DNA of 64,000 bases, taken from the human T2T-CHM13v2.0 reference genome, Homo sapiens. Of this stretch, positions 13,521 through 28,757 are shown piece by piece. Numbering within the stretch: the first letter of the stretch is position 1; each line of letters starts with the position of its first letter. Where the stretch lies: NCBI RefSeq assembly GCF_009914755.1, contig NC_060933.1. One strand, written 5' to 3'. Both the position numbers and the translations under genes were made by a program. Below the pieces are notes generated by a model. That model had not been told where the DNA came from. It worked only from the letters and a program-made list of their open reading frames with translations, and ran no database searches.

Positions 13521-16500
13521 CCTCCGTATTAATAAGAGAGAAATAATGATGACGCGTATCCTAGTCATCTTCCTATTCCAATGGCTTTGAGCCTCTTTGA
13601 TTATTTCAGGAGGTGGCTTGCAAGCACATCTGTCTACATTCGTTTTTCTTCCATAAGAAAGATAAAGGGGAAGAGGAGCCTCGGTAGGTGAGTTAGGGCT
13701 AAGCTATGAGTTCATAGTGAAGACTTTTGTGACACAAGCATAAAAAACTAGGTTCCTAAGGACCCAGTCAATGTGAGGCTTTGAACTAGAAACTGGGATG
13801 TCCGCTGAGTCAGAGGCACCCTTACCCTCAAGGATCTCACGACTTTGTAAATACATGGAGGATTTTCTCAGGAAGTTAGCTGTTTGGACTCTCGTCTCAG
13901 GTCATGAACATCTTGCCTCTGAATATGAAGGTCCTTAAGTGTGACTCCATCACTTTCCTGTCCAGGACTTCCTCAGGCAGGGGATGGTCTGCTTACCTGA
14001 CCCCTAAGTGGCTTGTTAGGATGAATCATGTTCCAGTTCTCTAAGAGGGTTTATGTGTTGGAAAGAATATTCTCTTTGATCTCATGGCTTAGAGTGCATA
14101 GGCTTTGTCCAGTTAATCATGTAGCTGGCGTCAGGCTTTGCCAGTTTTTATTTCTTTGAGGCTTTATGGCATTTAAAGGGTTGGAGACTGGCCCTGTAGC
14201 GAACATGGTTTTGACTTCAACAGCAACTGAACCTTTTCTCCAGCTCTTTGATAATAATTGATTAGTCTAGAAGTCCAAGCAAAGGTGGGACTTTCTAAAG
14301 TGCCTCAGATCTAAGGGGTGATTGAAGGGGTGAGTCTTTAATAAGGACGCACTCTCTCCTCTCCTCTCCTGAGTCATTCCCACATGGTTAAAAGAGCTCT
14401 CCCAATAAATTTGATTTTGCCTTAGTGCTTTCCATTTACAAAGTACATTCATTCCACTATCAATTTAACCTCTCAAATCAGCCTTGAGAGGTAGAAAGAG
14501 CAAGGCAAATGGGCTTAATTTTGCAACAGAGAAATTCTAACACTCATTAAATGATTTGCTCAATGTCTCATGGGGTACGAGTTGTGAGAGGAGCTAACAT
14601 TTATTGAGGGTCTGCTATGTGACAGTTTCCTTGTAAACCCTAACTTATATAGTCTACAACTAACCCTGGGTGGGGGGTAGATATTATTGTGCCCAGTTGA
14701 AAGATGAAGACACTGAGTCATGAGACATTTAAAGAGCTATTTCAAAGCCTCCCAGCCCTTAGATATTAAGCCAACATTGACTTTCTAGTCTTCTGAGAGT
14801 CAGTCTGTTATGCTGTTTAAACTCCTCATGCCTGACTGTAAGAAGATAATAGTATACTATTTATGCTTAGTCAAATCTGGGGTAAGAAGTGCCGTAAAAG
14901 GAAAAGAGGCCCATTTTCCCTCTTTACAGAGAGATTTGGAAATTTGCTTTCCTTTACATATGAAATGAAAGAAGACGCAGAGACATGGACCAGCTGCTGC
15001 GTGTGCTTCTCTCTGAAGTCTGAGCCGAGATTCCCTAAGCTTGACTGCATCGCTCAAGACCACAGGCCAGGGCAGCAGCCCTTCTGCGAAAAAAGCCACG
15101 TTTTAACCGGCTTGTTCGTTTTCTTCTTCTTGCACACTCTGTGGTCTGGCAAGGAGCAGGGGGGCCTCAATAGCAAAGCCCTCACAACAGCAATCCTTCT
15201 CAGTTCCCACTCTGAGTGAACCCGGTTCAACTTCTCGGGCTAACAGAGATTTTAATCGAAATGAACTGACAGAGAATTTGCTAAGTCCAAGAACACACAG
15301 TCTCGAGGTGACTGGACAGGAACAGAAGCCTCTAAAAGCTGAAAGAATGAGGCAAAGGCTTTCCCCTCGGCAGACTCTGGCCTCCCTTCTTGACACTTCC
15401 TCTTGGGCTCTGTGAGTGTTTGCCCAGGGTTATTGGCGATGTCATTGGGTGTCAGCTGATCGACAGCGAAAGGGAGAGGAGCTAGAGCTACTGCAGGCCA
15501 GGAGCACACACGCTGGATCTCATCTCATCTCCATCTAACTCCTATGTGAAGTGGGCTGTTGGAACCCCTTTCCCACATTTGAGGAAACTGAGGCTCTAAA
15601 ACGTGCAGTACGTCGTCTAAGGTAACTGGCTAAACTTGCATTTGAACCTGAATCTGTTTAGCTGCCAAACCTGTGCTCCTCCTACCACCCCACACTGTCC
15701 ATAGACACACACATAGCACTTTCTAAGGCTCCAAATACTTATCCCATTCTACTATCAGGCAGGGCCATTTAGATCCAAATCCTTTTTCTCCAATAGAAAT
15801 GAGCTGTTTAAAGGCAATGACCTTCTTGCTCAACCCTTCATCCTTCACCAGACCCATCAAGAGGGCTTGCAAATAGTAGGTGCCCAATAATTGCTCATTT
15901 TTACTAAATTCAACATGTAAATGCACACGTACCCTGTAGTTGGTTCTGCCCAAAGACCAAACCCACTGGCTGTGGGTAGCACTTTGTTTTACCCCAAGCT
16001 GTCTGATTCCCCACAGGATAGGCAGTGGGTAGATTTTCTACCTATCCTCTTGCGTAGTGGGACTATCATTTAAGCAGCGAACTTTTCCATTCTAACGAAG
16101 CTCTAATCAGAGGTGGAAAGGGAAGCTTGGTTATCTGGGGCAGGTTATATAGATCAGTGATTCTTTGGACTCCACAAATTCCCAAATCCACGTTTCAGGT
16201 TCTGTTTTCAATCTTCAAGCATTGTAGGCATCTCCCGGGGACTATGAGAAGAATGCTCTAATTTCAGGACAGAGTGGAGCCTAGAGCCAACTTGGCAAGG
16301 GCCAGAGGAATATAAATTCAGAGTGACAACTTAAGGAACATGGTTTTAATAGAAACATACTTTTATTTCTTCTCCGATCACATGCTGACTGTCTGTTTGC
16401 ATAGGGAGCCCCAGGCTCAAATGAAAGTTGTCAGAATTGGTAATTGAGGGGCTCTGCTTTTCCCCCAAAAGCTCCCTGGTCCTCCAGATGACAACTGTGA

Positions 16501-16739
16501 GAGATTGCTTGGATGCTTGGGGACTTTGTGAAGTCAACATTATACAGCAGCCAGAGCAAATGTAGGTATGATTTGCTATATGCCATGGGGGGGAATTCTG
16601 GCACAATTCATTGAAGAAAATGTTAAGAAATCCCTGGACTGTTGGGCACATAAGAAGTGGCAAGGTTTCAAAGGTGAGTAAGACATCTTCTCAAGGAGCT
16701 TGTTCGATGGAGAATACAGAGGTGTGAAGACCGTACTTA

Positions 16740-17014
16740 AAGTTGGTTAAGGGTACAAAATACATTAGTTAGAAGGAATAAGTTCTAGTATTTGATACTA
16801 CAATAGGAAAATTAAAGTTAACAATAATTTATTATATATTTCAAAATAACTAAGAGAGAAGAATTGTAATGGTCCCAACACGAAGAAAAGATAGATGTTT
16901 AAGGTGACGGATATCCCAGTTACCTTGATTTGACTGTTAAACATTGGATACATGTATTGATATATCACATGTATCCCCAAAATATGTATACCTATGATGT
17001 ATTAATTTTTTAAA
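16740..17014 (+). mobile_element. L1MA 3' end fragment
   Basis: GTTAACAATAATTTATTATATATTTCAAAATAACTAAGAGAGAAGAATTG...TATCACATGTATCCCC, matching the L1MA 3'UTR pattern. Confidence 0.8.
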
Positions 17015-17314
17015 GCCCCATAATTGTAATTCTTAGATATTGTAATAAGAGAGTAAAGACAAATAATGAACTCAATTTAGTAAAAACCAAATACAATAAT
17101 AACATAAGATGTGATATGTTTTCAAACTGTTCTCAGGCAATTGGTCCAACTTCTCATTTTAACACTTGTATGTACTATGCACTCCTTAAGGTTTGGGGAG
17201 AAGTCCTTGTAGAAATGTTATTGAATTTTTATTGGAATAAGATAAAGGAAAAGAAAAATAAAAGTTAAAATTAGAGTGGTGTATTAGAAAGTCAGGTACT
17301 TTTGTGTGTGTGAA

Positions 17315-17530
17315 AAGCAGTACAGCCTAAGGATTAAGAACAAAGGCTCTGGAGCCAGGCTACTGGGTTCAGATTCTAGTTTTCCCACTTACTGTGTGAC
17401 TTTAACCAATTGCTTAGCTTCTCTGTGTCTCAGTCTCCTCATCTGTGAAAAGGAGAAAATGATGGTGTCTGCCTCATAGGTTACTGTGAGGAGGAAATAA
17501 GTTAATAAAAGTAAAGTGCTCCTAAATGCT
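17315..17530 (+). mobile_element. MIR SINE
   Basis: GGCTCTGGAGCCAGGCTACTGGGTTCAGAT...CTCAGTCTCCTCATCTGTGAAA...CCTCATAGGTTACTGTGAGG. Confidence 0.8.
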
Positions 17531-18409
17531 ATGTGGAACCTAGATTGGATCTTGGAACCAAAAGAGAACATTGATGAAAGACTCATAAATTCCAAATAAA
17601 ACATAGAACTTAATTAATTTTTTAAAATAATGATCTTGCATTAGAAATATTGTCTGTGTCACAAAATAATACATCACTGGGTATGAGATGGGAGGTGGAG
17701 AGAAGTCAGCTCCATAGAGAATGCCTAGAAAGGCTGACGAGGAGTTTGCTGGGTGAACACAGGAAGATGGAGGCCTAAAAAAAAGAATGGAGTGTTTAGG
17801 GAATTAACGTGACATAATTTGGCTGGGGCCAAGGTTGTATTTCCAGATGTGAAGGAGAAGCAGGAGATGTCCTCGGAGAATTAGATGGAGTTTAGATGAT
17901 GCATGGCTTTGTACTCTACACCAAGCTCAAACTGTCGCCTGTGGCAACCACATTGGAGTGATATAGTCAGAGGTACACAGCAGAACAGTGTCCTTGGCTG
18001 CAGCATGATGGGTGAAAGAGACTGGGATCCAGGAGACAGAAAGACCAGGAATAAAGCTGATATGGTCATTCAGGCGGGAAGTGATCAGTGCCTGACCAGG
18101 ACAGGACAGCAGGGCTGAAGAAACAGGAAGGATGAGGCAGAGACCTAAGAGGCATCCTTGGGAGATCGCTGTGATGTTACCCTGCAAGGAAGTCACCAAT
18201 TGCCTGTCAGAGACCTTTCCAGGGTACCAGGGCCTCGGGATGAATTACTCCCCTTACTTTGAGATGCTTTAGTAAAGAGAGATGCAGAGTTTCAGGAAGA
18301 AATGGATCCTCATGTACTTATAGGGGTTTACTCTTTACAGGGCTCCTTCATGTGCGTGATCTTGTTGGTTGTTACAACAGTCCTGAGAGGCACACATTAT
18401 CATTATTCA

Positions 18410-19165
18410 AAACTGTGCTTTTGTTTTACTGATTATAGATATTATAGAAACAATCATTGTAGAATGCTTGAAATACTTTTAAAAAAGGAGTAGAAAATTA
18501 GAATTGCCCTGATACCCTGATTGATAATTACTGTTAATATGTTGATAAACCAGTTGCTTATAGCAGCTAGCAAGTGAAAAAATGCAAAATTATATTTCAA
18601 AACCAATTACATAGTAACAGGTTATATGTTTTAGCATTTTCTATAGTTACAAAATTGGGATTGAAATACAAGTGCTTTATATTCCTGTTTCTGTTTTAGC
18701 ATTAGATTATAAGCATTTTCTGTGTTAATAAATCCAATTTGCAAGCCCAATTTTCATTGCTGCATAATATTCCTATGTAAAGGTGTGCTATACTTTAGTA
18801 ATACTATTATCTACTGATAGATATTGATGGACATTAAGTTATTTCCAGTTTTTGCACTCATAAATAATGCCTTCCTGAATATACTTTAACATGTGTTTCC
18901 CCCATGTGTTTCTAATTACTTCCTTAGAATAAATTCCTGGAAGCAAAATTTCCAGGTCAAAAGATATGCACATTTTAAAACTTGATGTTTCCTGAAATTA
19001 TTTATTCCAAATGACCATGCCTACTCACAGTGAATGAGCCAACCTGTATTACCCATCTTCATCAGTACTGAACATTATTTTTCAAAAAAATATTTGTCAA
19101 TCTGATCAGCATAAAACTGTGTCTCATTATTGGGTTAATTTGTATGTCCTCATCACTGGAGTGGT
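18410..19165 (-). mobile_element. Old L1 (L1MC/ME) fragment apparently splitting a MIR
   Basis: GATGGACATTAAGTTATTTCCAGTTTTTGC...AGAATAAATTCCTGGAAG. MIR halves at ~18315-18405 and ~19170-19290. Confidence 0.65.
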
Positions 19166-20109
19166 GTAATTATCATACTCATTTTATAGATGTGGGTTAG
19201 TGATTTGCCCATACCACAAATTCAGCAGGTGGCTGAGAGTGGACTGCAAGCCAGCCCAAGTGGACTCCTCGGGCAGTGCTGTTCCCACTATGTAATATGT
19301 AAAGAGTTGCCTTGATTTCTCTGTGTTTACAGCATTGTTCTCTGGGTTCCCTTTCACTGGGGTCACACCCTCAGGGACTCACTGCCCTAGGTGTCAAGGA
19401 AAGAGTGTACCCTTCCTCCTGAGAGACAGCAGTTCCTTCAGCTTCTCAGAGGACCTGGCAGTGGGGAGAGTTCATGCTGTGCTCTGGGTGGAGGCCATGG
19501 GTATGGCATGTGCTTGGGTGGCTGGTCCTTCCCCACAGAACCCCAAATGGAAAAGGGACACAATAAGGAAATAAACCCTGTGTTCTTCCTAGAAGGAAAG
19601 CCTGGCCTGTCACTTTTCTGCTGAAAACCTTATCATGGTCTCCTTGCCAATATCAGGATCTGGTCTAGGCTCTGTCTTCTGGCACTTAAGGCCCCGAGAA
19701 CCTGACCTGACCTATATCACCTTAGTGTCCGTGTGATGGTCTCTCATGCCAGTCTTGCTGGCTTACATTGCATTTTTTCCTAGGATCTACCTATTTCTTG
19801 TCTTTCAGGCCTCAGCTTCAAAGACACCTTCAAGAACCTGTCTTTTCCATGCTCTGAGCATGCCCATGTAAAATCCTCACCTTGGGTAAGATTGCCTCTT
19901 TGTGTGGCTGCCTCTCTTCTCAAGGGAAGGGGACTTGTTTTCCTTTTCCCTGAGCCCTGGCAGGGAGGTTGCACACTTGAAAGGTTCCTAGACTGAATCA
20001 ATGTTAGAAGTCCCATAGAAAACCTACAGGATTCTATCTCAGGTTGACCACAGAGTCCTTCATTCACACAAGAAGTACTAGTTGAAGGACTGCAATGAGC
20101 CAGGTACCG

Positions 20110-20547
20110 TTAGGCACAAGCAATGGAATAGGCACTCCCCATTTCAGTACTTCAGTGCTCATATCTCCAGCAGCTGCAAATGTTGGTGGTTCTCAGCTGG
20201 GTTCCTCTCTGGAAATGTCTTCAGTGGAAGAGAACACCTAGCTCAAGGTTTTACCTCTCTACATGGGCAGCCTTCCTCGAAGACAGGTTGTTGGGAAGGT
20301 GTTGGTAGAAGCTTGACTCTCTTGTCTTAATTTGGAGCAACTCTGAAGGGCCTTCCCCAGCTCTAGACCTCTCCACAGGACCAGCTGAGTTATTTGTGGA
20401 CAGTGCGTTGCAGCTGGAATTCTCTATCTGCCCAATCCTGTTCCTCCCACCTTCCCATTGGAGTTGATCCCAAAGACCCTCCCCAGTAAACTTCTTGTGT
20501 GCAAATTTCCATGCCGGAGCCTGATTGCTGAGGAACCCAGCCTGACA
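20110..20547 (+). mobile_element. Ancient ERVL LTR (LTR16-like)
   Basis: 3' end CCCCAGTAAACTTCTTGTGTGCAAATTTCCATG...GAGGAACCCAGCCTGACA resembles the LTR16 terminus; 5' boundary approximate. Confidence 0.6.
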
Positions 20548-21869
20548 TGATGGTAATAAGAGATATGATACCTGTTATCATAGAGCTTTTGGGCCAGCTT
20601 TGTCCATCATAACTACCTTTGTTTGTCCCCTAGGACAAGCAAAAACTATCCAGGCCCAACAGGGCTCTGCTCATGGTGACACTTGGCAGTGTCCTGAGCA
20701 AAGACCTTTGTAGCTACACCACTCCATGCAGCCATCATTAAGGCAAGAGCAGAAGAGCAGAACCAGCTTTGCAGCTGGCAATCACTCATATTAGTTCCAT
20801 AAACCTGTTATTGAGTGTCTTCTGTCTCCCTGTGCTGGTGCCAGAGATAGAGATACCTAAGATATGGCTCTGGATTTCCAGGACCATCTCATGGAGGGGA
20901 AAATGAACAAGTAATCAGACAATTGAAAACGTATGGGACAATTCAAGATCTGCAAAGTGCTATGGAAGCTCAGAGGAGATGGTGGTGGCTTACTCAGGGG
21001 GTCAGGGAAGGATTCTCAGAGAGGCAGAGGAAGGAGAACATGGTGAGGGCGGTATTCATGGGAAAGAGAAGAGAATAGGTATTTCAGATTGAAGAAATGT
21101 GTACATGAAAGAATGAATAGGGGTGAGTGAACAAGCACATTTGTATCCGTTACTTTATTTGTGCTCTGCAACACCCTAATGAAGTTGTCTGCAAACATCC
21201 TTATCCCCATTTTTTGAACAGAGAAACTGAGGCCCTGGGAGGATAAACAACTTGTGTGCAGGAAGGGGGTTATCTGTGACCTGAACCTGTATCTTCTGAC
21301 ACCAAATCAGTGGCTCTGTCTGTCACACCATTCAGCCAACATTGACTGAGTTTTTCTCCAATACCCAGCATGGTGCCCAATGAGGACTAAAAGAAGCATA
21401 ATATCAATGGTCAGCTCTTGAAGAGCTTGGATTCAAGATAAAATTTAAAAAGTTGATAATGTCAAGGGACAAATGCTGAAATGAAGGCCTAAGCAAATGC
21501 CCTGGAATCATGGCAGAGGTATGTCCCCCAAAAATGTCCTTAGCCCTGTTTAATATTTGGTACCAATTATTTAGACAAAGACATATAAAGTCTGCTTATC
21601 ACATCTGTGGTTGACACATAGCTGGGAGGGATAGAAAATATGATTGATGTCACAATCAAACTTTTAAATGATCTCAGTTGTCTGGAACCATGAACCAAAC
21701 ACTGCAAGATGAAGTGCAGGAAGGGTTCACATTGGACCAGCACTTTCTTCCAAATAATCAATTGCTTGAGAATAGGGGGAGCCTGGCTTGGCCTCTGGCC
21801 ATAAGAGAGATTAGAGACTTCACTAGGCCTCAAGCCAAACTTGCACCAAGTATTTAAATTAAAAGTGTC

Positions 21870-22157
21870 TTGAACTCCTGACCTCATGATCCACCCACCT
21901 TGACCTCCCAAAGTGCTGGGATTACAGGCATGAGCCACCGAGCCTGGCCAAGATGGTGAAAACCCTGTCTCTACTAAAACTACAAAAATTAGCCAGGCGC
22001 ATTGGCAGGCACCTGCAATCCCAGCTACTCTGGAGGCCGAGGCAGAGAATCACTTGAACCCGGCGGCAGAGGTTGCAGTGAGCCGAGATCGTGCCACTGC
22101 ACTCCAGCCTGGGTGACAGAGTGAGACTCTGTCTCAAAAAAAAAAAAAAAAAAAAAA
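21870..22157 (+). mobile_element. AluS (Sg-like) with inverted 5' ~80 bp
   Basis: 21870-21949 is the reverse complement of Alu nt 1 to ~80; 21941-22135 is the rest of the Alu in sense; poly(A) 22136-22157. TSD AAAAGTGTC at 21861-21869 and 22154-22162. Confidence 0.92.
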
Positions 22158-24246
22158 GTGTCACAAACTGGCATACCCTGAGTCTGTGTGGCAATTATAT
22201 TCATAGTCATTGCATACATTTAATGGGACATTTTATGAATTACCTTCGAGATGGTTTAATGGGACATTTTGTGAGTCATGTTGGAGATGGAGTGGTGCTG
22301 GAGGGACAGCATCTTCAGATGACAGAGGAAGATGCTTATAAATCTCTTTATCCAGGCAGTTCTCTCAGTGCACCTACCACATGCCAGGCCTGTGCCAGGT
22401 CTTGGACAACATGGAATATCAGCCTAGGAAGCCCCAGGACCTTGCAGAAGGACTTATGCATAAACTCTTGTGTGCCTCTGGGAAAGTCATGGAGGCTTGC
22501 TAGGCATCATTTTCCTTATTTATAAAATGGATGCTATAATTTGCATCTCATAGGACCTTGTGAGTAATAATGAATGAGATCATGAATGTAGAATGATGAA
22601 CACAGAGCTTGGGCTGAAGCTTGTATTTAAAAAGGGTGCTTACTGTTAATATCCAGACAAATCTGGAGACATCTATAAATAGGCAGCAGGGTCGCAGGAC
22701 CTGTGGACTTGGATTTAGGGTCAGGCCTTCAGTCTTCAGGTGGGTTCAGGAAAGGCTGATTTTTCTCTCTATGAATGTGTGTGTGTGTGAAAAATTTCAA
22801 GCTCAAGAAAAGACACAGCTTCAGTGTACTTGGGGCATTAATCAGATTCGAGAGACAGTCATCCACTTAACCAGAATGACACCCAATAGTGGGCATAAAT
22901 TCTCGGGTATCAGGAAGTTGCCCACAGTACCTGAATTAGGGCAAAAAGTCAAAGCTATCTTGGCAGCAAAAAAGATGAGACTGATTTCCACAGTTCTGGC
23001 TGGGGTTCCCTTAATCCACTTTCCTTCAGGATAGGTTGGTCTCTGGGCCTCTGAGTTTCTTCATTTGCAAAATGAGAGGGCTGGACCAGATTAGTGGTTC
23101 TCAAATATACAGTCTTGGAGAGGTGCTGGCCTATGTTGGAGTCAAATCCATGACATCCCGCTCAGATAACTTCCTGACTGTTCTATGTTGGGATACTAGG
23201 GAGAAAAATTGCTCCTTGCTGTGAATAGCCACATAGAAAAAAACACTGGCATGTCCTTTCCTGCCACCCTCTCCAGCCAGACTTGGGCTACCTTAGTGAA
23301 CCTTTTTTTCAGCTTTGGGCCAAGAAAGGGACGAACACTGCTAGAGATATGGTGGAGTTACTCATCCACTTCTCTGAAGTGCCCAGAATATTATGAATTC
23401 AAGGAAGTAGTGACAGTGTGTGCTTTTCATTTTTATCTATAAATGTCTTTGAAATTTGATTTTTGATGACAGTATTAAAAATGAAGTGACCACACTATTT
23501 GGAGACTCAAGTTCACTCTATTTTACTATATTGCATAGGTACTCTCCTACCTGACAACCTCTGTCAAGAAAAATATTATCTACAGCATAATTCATAAAAT
23601 AACATTTTACATTCTATTTTTAATTTTAAAATGTAAAAAGCCTATCTTTTAAAAAGAGTGTTAGATTGCCAAGATATTTTTTTTCTTCCTGAGGTTATGC
23701 CTTTTGTTTTTGAGGGGTAGGCTGTTAAAATTCTCATTCTTTTATGAAGTGATGATGACAATTGATGGAACCAGATTTTATTATTTTTAAAATTATACTA
23801 CTTGGAATAAAGTAATAAAAAGTTACTCAGGATTGCTTTCCTCTTTTAAAAAAAAACTTCCTTGGCCCATGAAATACCAAAAAAAAAAAAAAACTTGAAG
23901 AAAAATTTAAGAAGAATTTATTAATTATATCCCTAATGTAAAGAGGCAGATTCACCAATGTAGCTTGGGAGGGCAGTCTTAGTTCTTCAGATACCTATGT
24001 TGAATTGAACTCTGTGTCTAGTAACAGGCTTAAGTAGACTAGGGGGTATATAAAAGGACAATCCCTGGCATCACACTTGGAGGATGAGACCAGGGCTAAA
24101 ATAATTTGATGTCTAGACAAGCCGTTGGTGCTGGCTATCTGGTAATTATAGATTTATATCAAACAGCTTAGCTTGGCATTCAGGTCTCTTTGTGATCTTA
24201 TTTCCACCTGCCATTAGAACCTTATTTGTCGTCTTTTTCAGAATCC

Positions 24247-24744
24247 CTTGGGTCCTTAAACTCTGTGCCCAGGACATCCCTGGCAGCCTGGAAAAAGTAT
24301 GGATCTCTTCTGAAAGTAAGGACTTGAAATCATTAAAAAAATACATAGTATTGCAAAGGAAAACAATGATGTTAAGAGACGGTTATCAAAATAACTGAAA
24401 GTGTGATACGGTTATTAACATGCTTCTTTAGTAACACATCAAAAAACAAGCTCTAGCATCAGGTCTGATGCCATTGGAATTTTGAAGTTATAATGAGTGT
24501 AAGTGCTATTCTAAGATATCTTCAACAAAAGTGATGTGTTATAAAAATATCTGTGATTTCTACTGATACAAGGTCAAGGTGCTATTAATACTACTATGGT
24601 TTGTTGTCTGCATGCATACTTGAAGAAAATGCTAGATTTCAGTGTGAATTCAGTGAGGATTTTGTTTTCTTTTTAATTTGCCATCTCTGAATTCTATCCA
24701 CTGACCTTTTCAGGGATCCCTGCACCCCAGTTTAAGAACCCCTG
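24247..24744. mobile_element. hAT-Charlie non-autonomous element (MER119-like)
   Basis: Ends ...GGGATCCCTGCACCCCAGTTTAAGAACCCCTG. Internal AAAAATATCTGTGATTTCTACTG and TACTACTATGGTTTGTTGTCTGCAT match recalled consensus. Confidence 0.65.
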
Positions 24745-27399
24745 CTAGTCAAACTTATGCTAGTTTTTCTAAATATTCCTGATGTTTTCTTGCCCAAGTT
24801 TATTATGGTTTTTTTCCCCAATCTGGAATAGTCTCAGAGCCCTGTTCTTATAAATGCAAATTCTACCCATCCAGCTATCACCTCTTCCAAGTTTTCTTTG
24901 AGTTTTCTATGGCATAATCATCTCTCTATTATCCAAGGTTCCACAGCCCTGCATCAGTCATTTCTGATAGCCCTTGTATCTATTGTACAGGGGTGATATG
25001 CAAATTAATCCTCATGCTATCCTTGTATTATCTACTCCATTCTATAAATTTATTGGAGATCACATCTGTACTGATTCCTATCTCTTTCTCTTGACGTGTT
25101 TTCAGATACAGGTGTTGGCCCTGACCACCACACCCGTGTATTCAGAATTAACCAGGTTTCATTTCCCTCAATATAGGGCTCATAAAATGTCACTAGACTC
25201 CCTAAATAGCTCATGCCAAATATAAATAACCACTACTCCCTAAATCTGCTTCCTTAACCTGAGTACTCCTGCCTCCTTCACTTAACCCACTCTGTTCCTT
25301 CCAGCTAGAATGTTCGCCTCCCAACCCATGTATGCCCGTAAAAATCTTACATGGCCTTAAAGATCAATTTGAAATGTCACTGTCAAAAGAAGACTTCTCT
25401 GCTCTCTCTTCCCAACTGAGTATGAGCTGTAAGTCCACATAGCACATTGCCATCCCTTAGCATCACATTCTGCCTTATTTTGTACTTGTCTGTGAATTTC
25501 TTTCTTCTCTTCCCATTAGACAAACAGCTGCATAAGAATAGGAACTAATGATTTTCTCTCTTCCTTTTGGTTCTAGCATAGCTAATAAATATGAAATGGA
25601 ACACTTCTCTCTAGTTCATCTGACTGAAACAACCCACACAAAATTTCTTGGTCTTAAATTTGAGCAGGAAACCTCAAAAAAAAAAAATCAAATGTCACCT
25701 CCTACTTCCTGTCTCCCTACTTTGGGCTCAGGACAAGCCTGAAATGGCCCTGTCAAAGTTGGTTTTCTTTGGCCGAAGCCATAACAAGACTTGAGGTGTG
25801 GGTGGGAAGAAAAAAATAAAATCAAGTTTTCAAATCTGAAAAATAATTAGTCTTGGCATGGGTTTTTCTAAGGCCTGCAATGAAGACATGCTTGTCCTCA
25901 TTTTATTTGCTAAGCAAGCTTTTTCTTTCTGTAGGACAACCCACATGCAGATGCAGAACCTGGGGACCAGACAAGGCAGTAACCCTGGAAACCTATTAAC
26001 TATAGGTGGAAATATAAATAGCTTAGCTCAGCATCCAGAGTTCTTCGTGGTCTTCACCCAACCTGCTGTTACAAACTTAACTCCTCCTCCTCTTCAGCTC
26101 ACCAACTCTAGCTCAGCACAGCCCAGCCAACATTTATCAGGCCCTGCACTGCACCAAGAAACTGGAAAGGCATTGGAGTTACTAGGATGGACAAGATTCA
26201 GACCATTCCTTTGACAGGGACCATATTTGGTGTTTCTTAAGAAGGAGCAATGTTACCCAAACAGGAAAGAGAGAAGACAGATACAGGTAAGACTTTAAAC
26301 CATACTGCAGAAAATGGTAGTGCCAAAATAGAACTGGGTTTGATTTTGTAGGTCCTGTAGGTACCAAGTGTATTTATATTTATTTTTTAGTGATTATAAT
26401 AGCCTTTTATAAAATTGCAGCTTTTTGTCTTATGTTAACCTTTGCCAAATTATTTAATATCTCTCCAAGCCGTGGTTTACTCATCTTTAAAATGGATGCT
26501 AGCATGCATAGTAGCTATTTCAAAAAGTGTATTTGCATCAGTGCTGGATAAAAAGTGCTTTGCAAATCATCAGATATTATTTTGTTTTTACCAGTTTCTA
26601 TATACATTGTATAAACAGTCTTACATAGGCCATAGGGAAAGAGAGTGATGCAAGACAGCTAGGACCTTTTCCAAGTCACATACACAAATCACTTGGTGAC
26701 CCCACATAGATCATTTTATTTTTTCTATCCCTTGTGCTGGATTTCGAAGACAAGGAAGATTGTATCTGCCTTATATCTACCTCTTCCAAAAACAGAGAAG
26801 ATGATTTAGAGTCCAGGAGACAGGCGGTACCTATGGGAAAATTGAAGGCACAATTTTTTTCATTATCTCTTTCTTTCCCTCTCTCTCTCTCTCTCTCTCT
26901 CAATTAAACTTTGCCAAAGACAATTTTAAAAATATATATTTTTTATTTTCTAACGCTGGCAACATTTTCAGCTTAGAAAACAAGAGTACTTAACTGCTAA
27001 AATGACCTGGTTTTTATTTCAAACTTGGAGACGCATCACAAATAGGTTGAGGTCAAAAGATGCATTTCTACCTTAGATAATGAGGAAGTGCAGCAGTGGG
27101 CAGATGGCTGTAGCGGAAAGAACATCAGAACTGGGGTGAGGATGCCTGGGTTGAAATTCCTGTTTTGTTTTTCATTAGCTATTTGACAGTGAGCAAATTT
27201 GTTCACTTGTCTGGTTCTTAATTTCCTTGTATGTAAAGTAATAACAGCACCATCTATTTTATAGAATTTCATGTCCACATTATATGGACTGCTTATATAT
27301 TCAGTATATTTATTCTTGATGTAGCTGATGAATTTGGAAAATGTCGTGTAAAAGGCTACTTAAATTCTGTAAATCTTTATTGATTCCCCATGGAAAAAC

Positions 27400-28757
<1,358 letters not shown>

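Noticed and set aside
23092-23990. Possible second hAT element starting TAGTGGTTCTCAAA
   Set aside because: No matching second terminus or recognisable internal sequence found.
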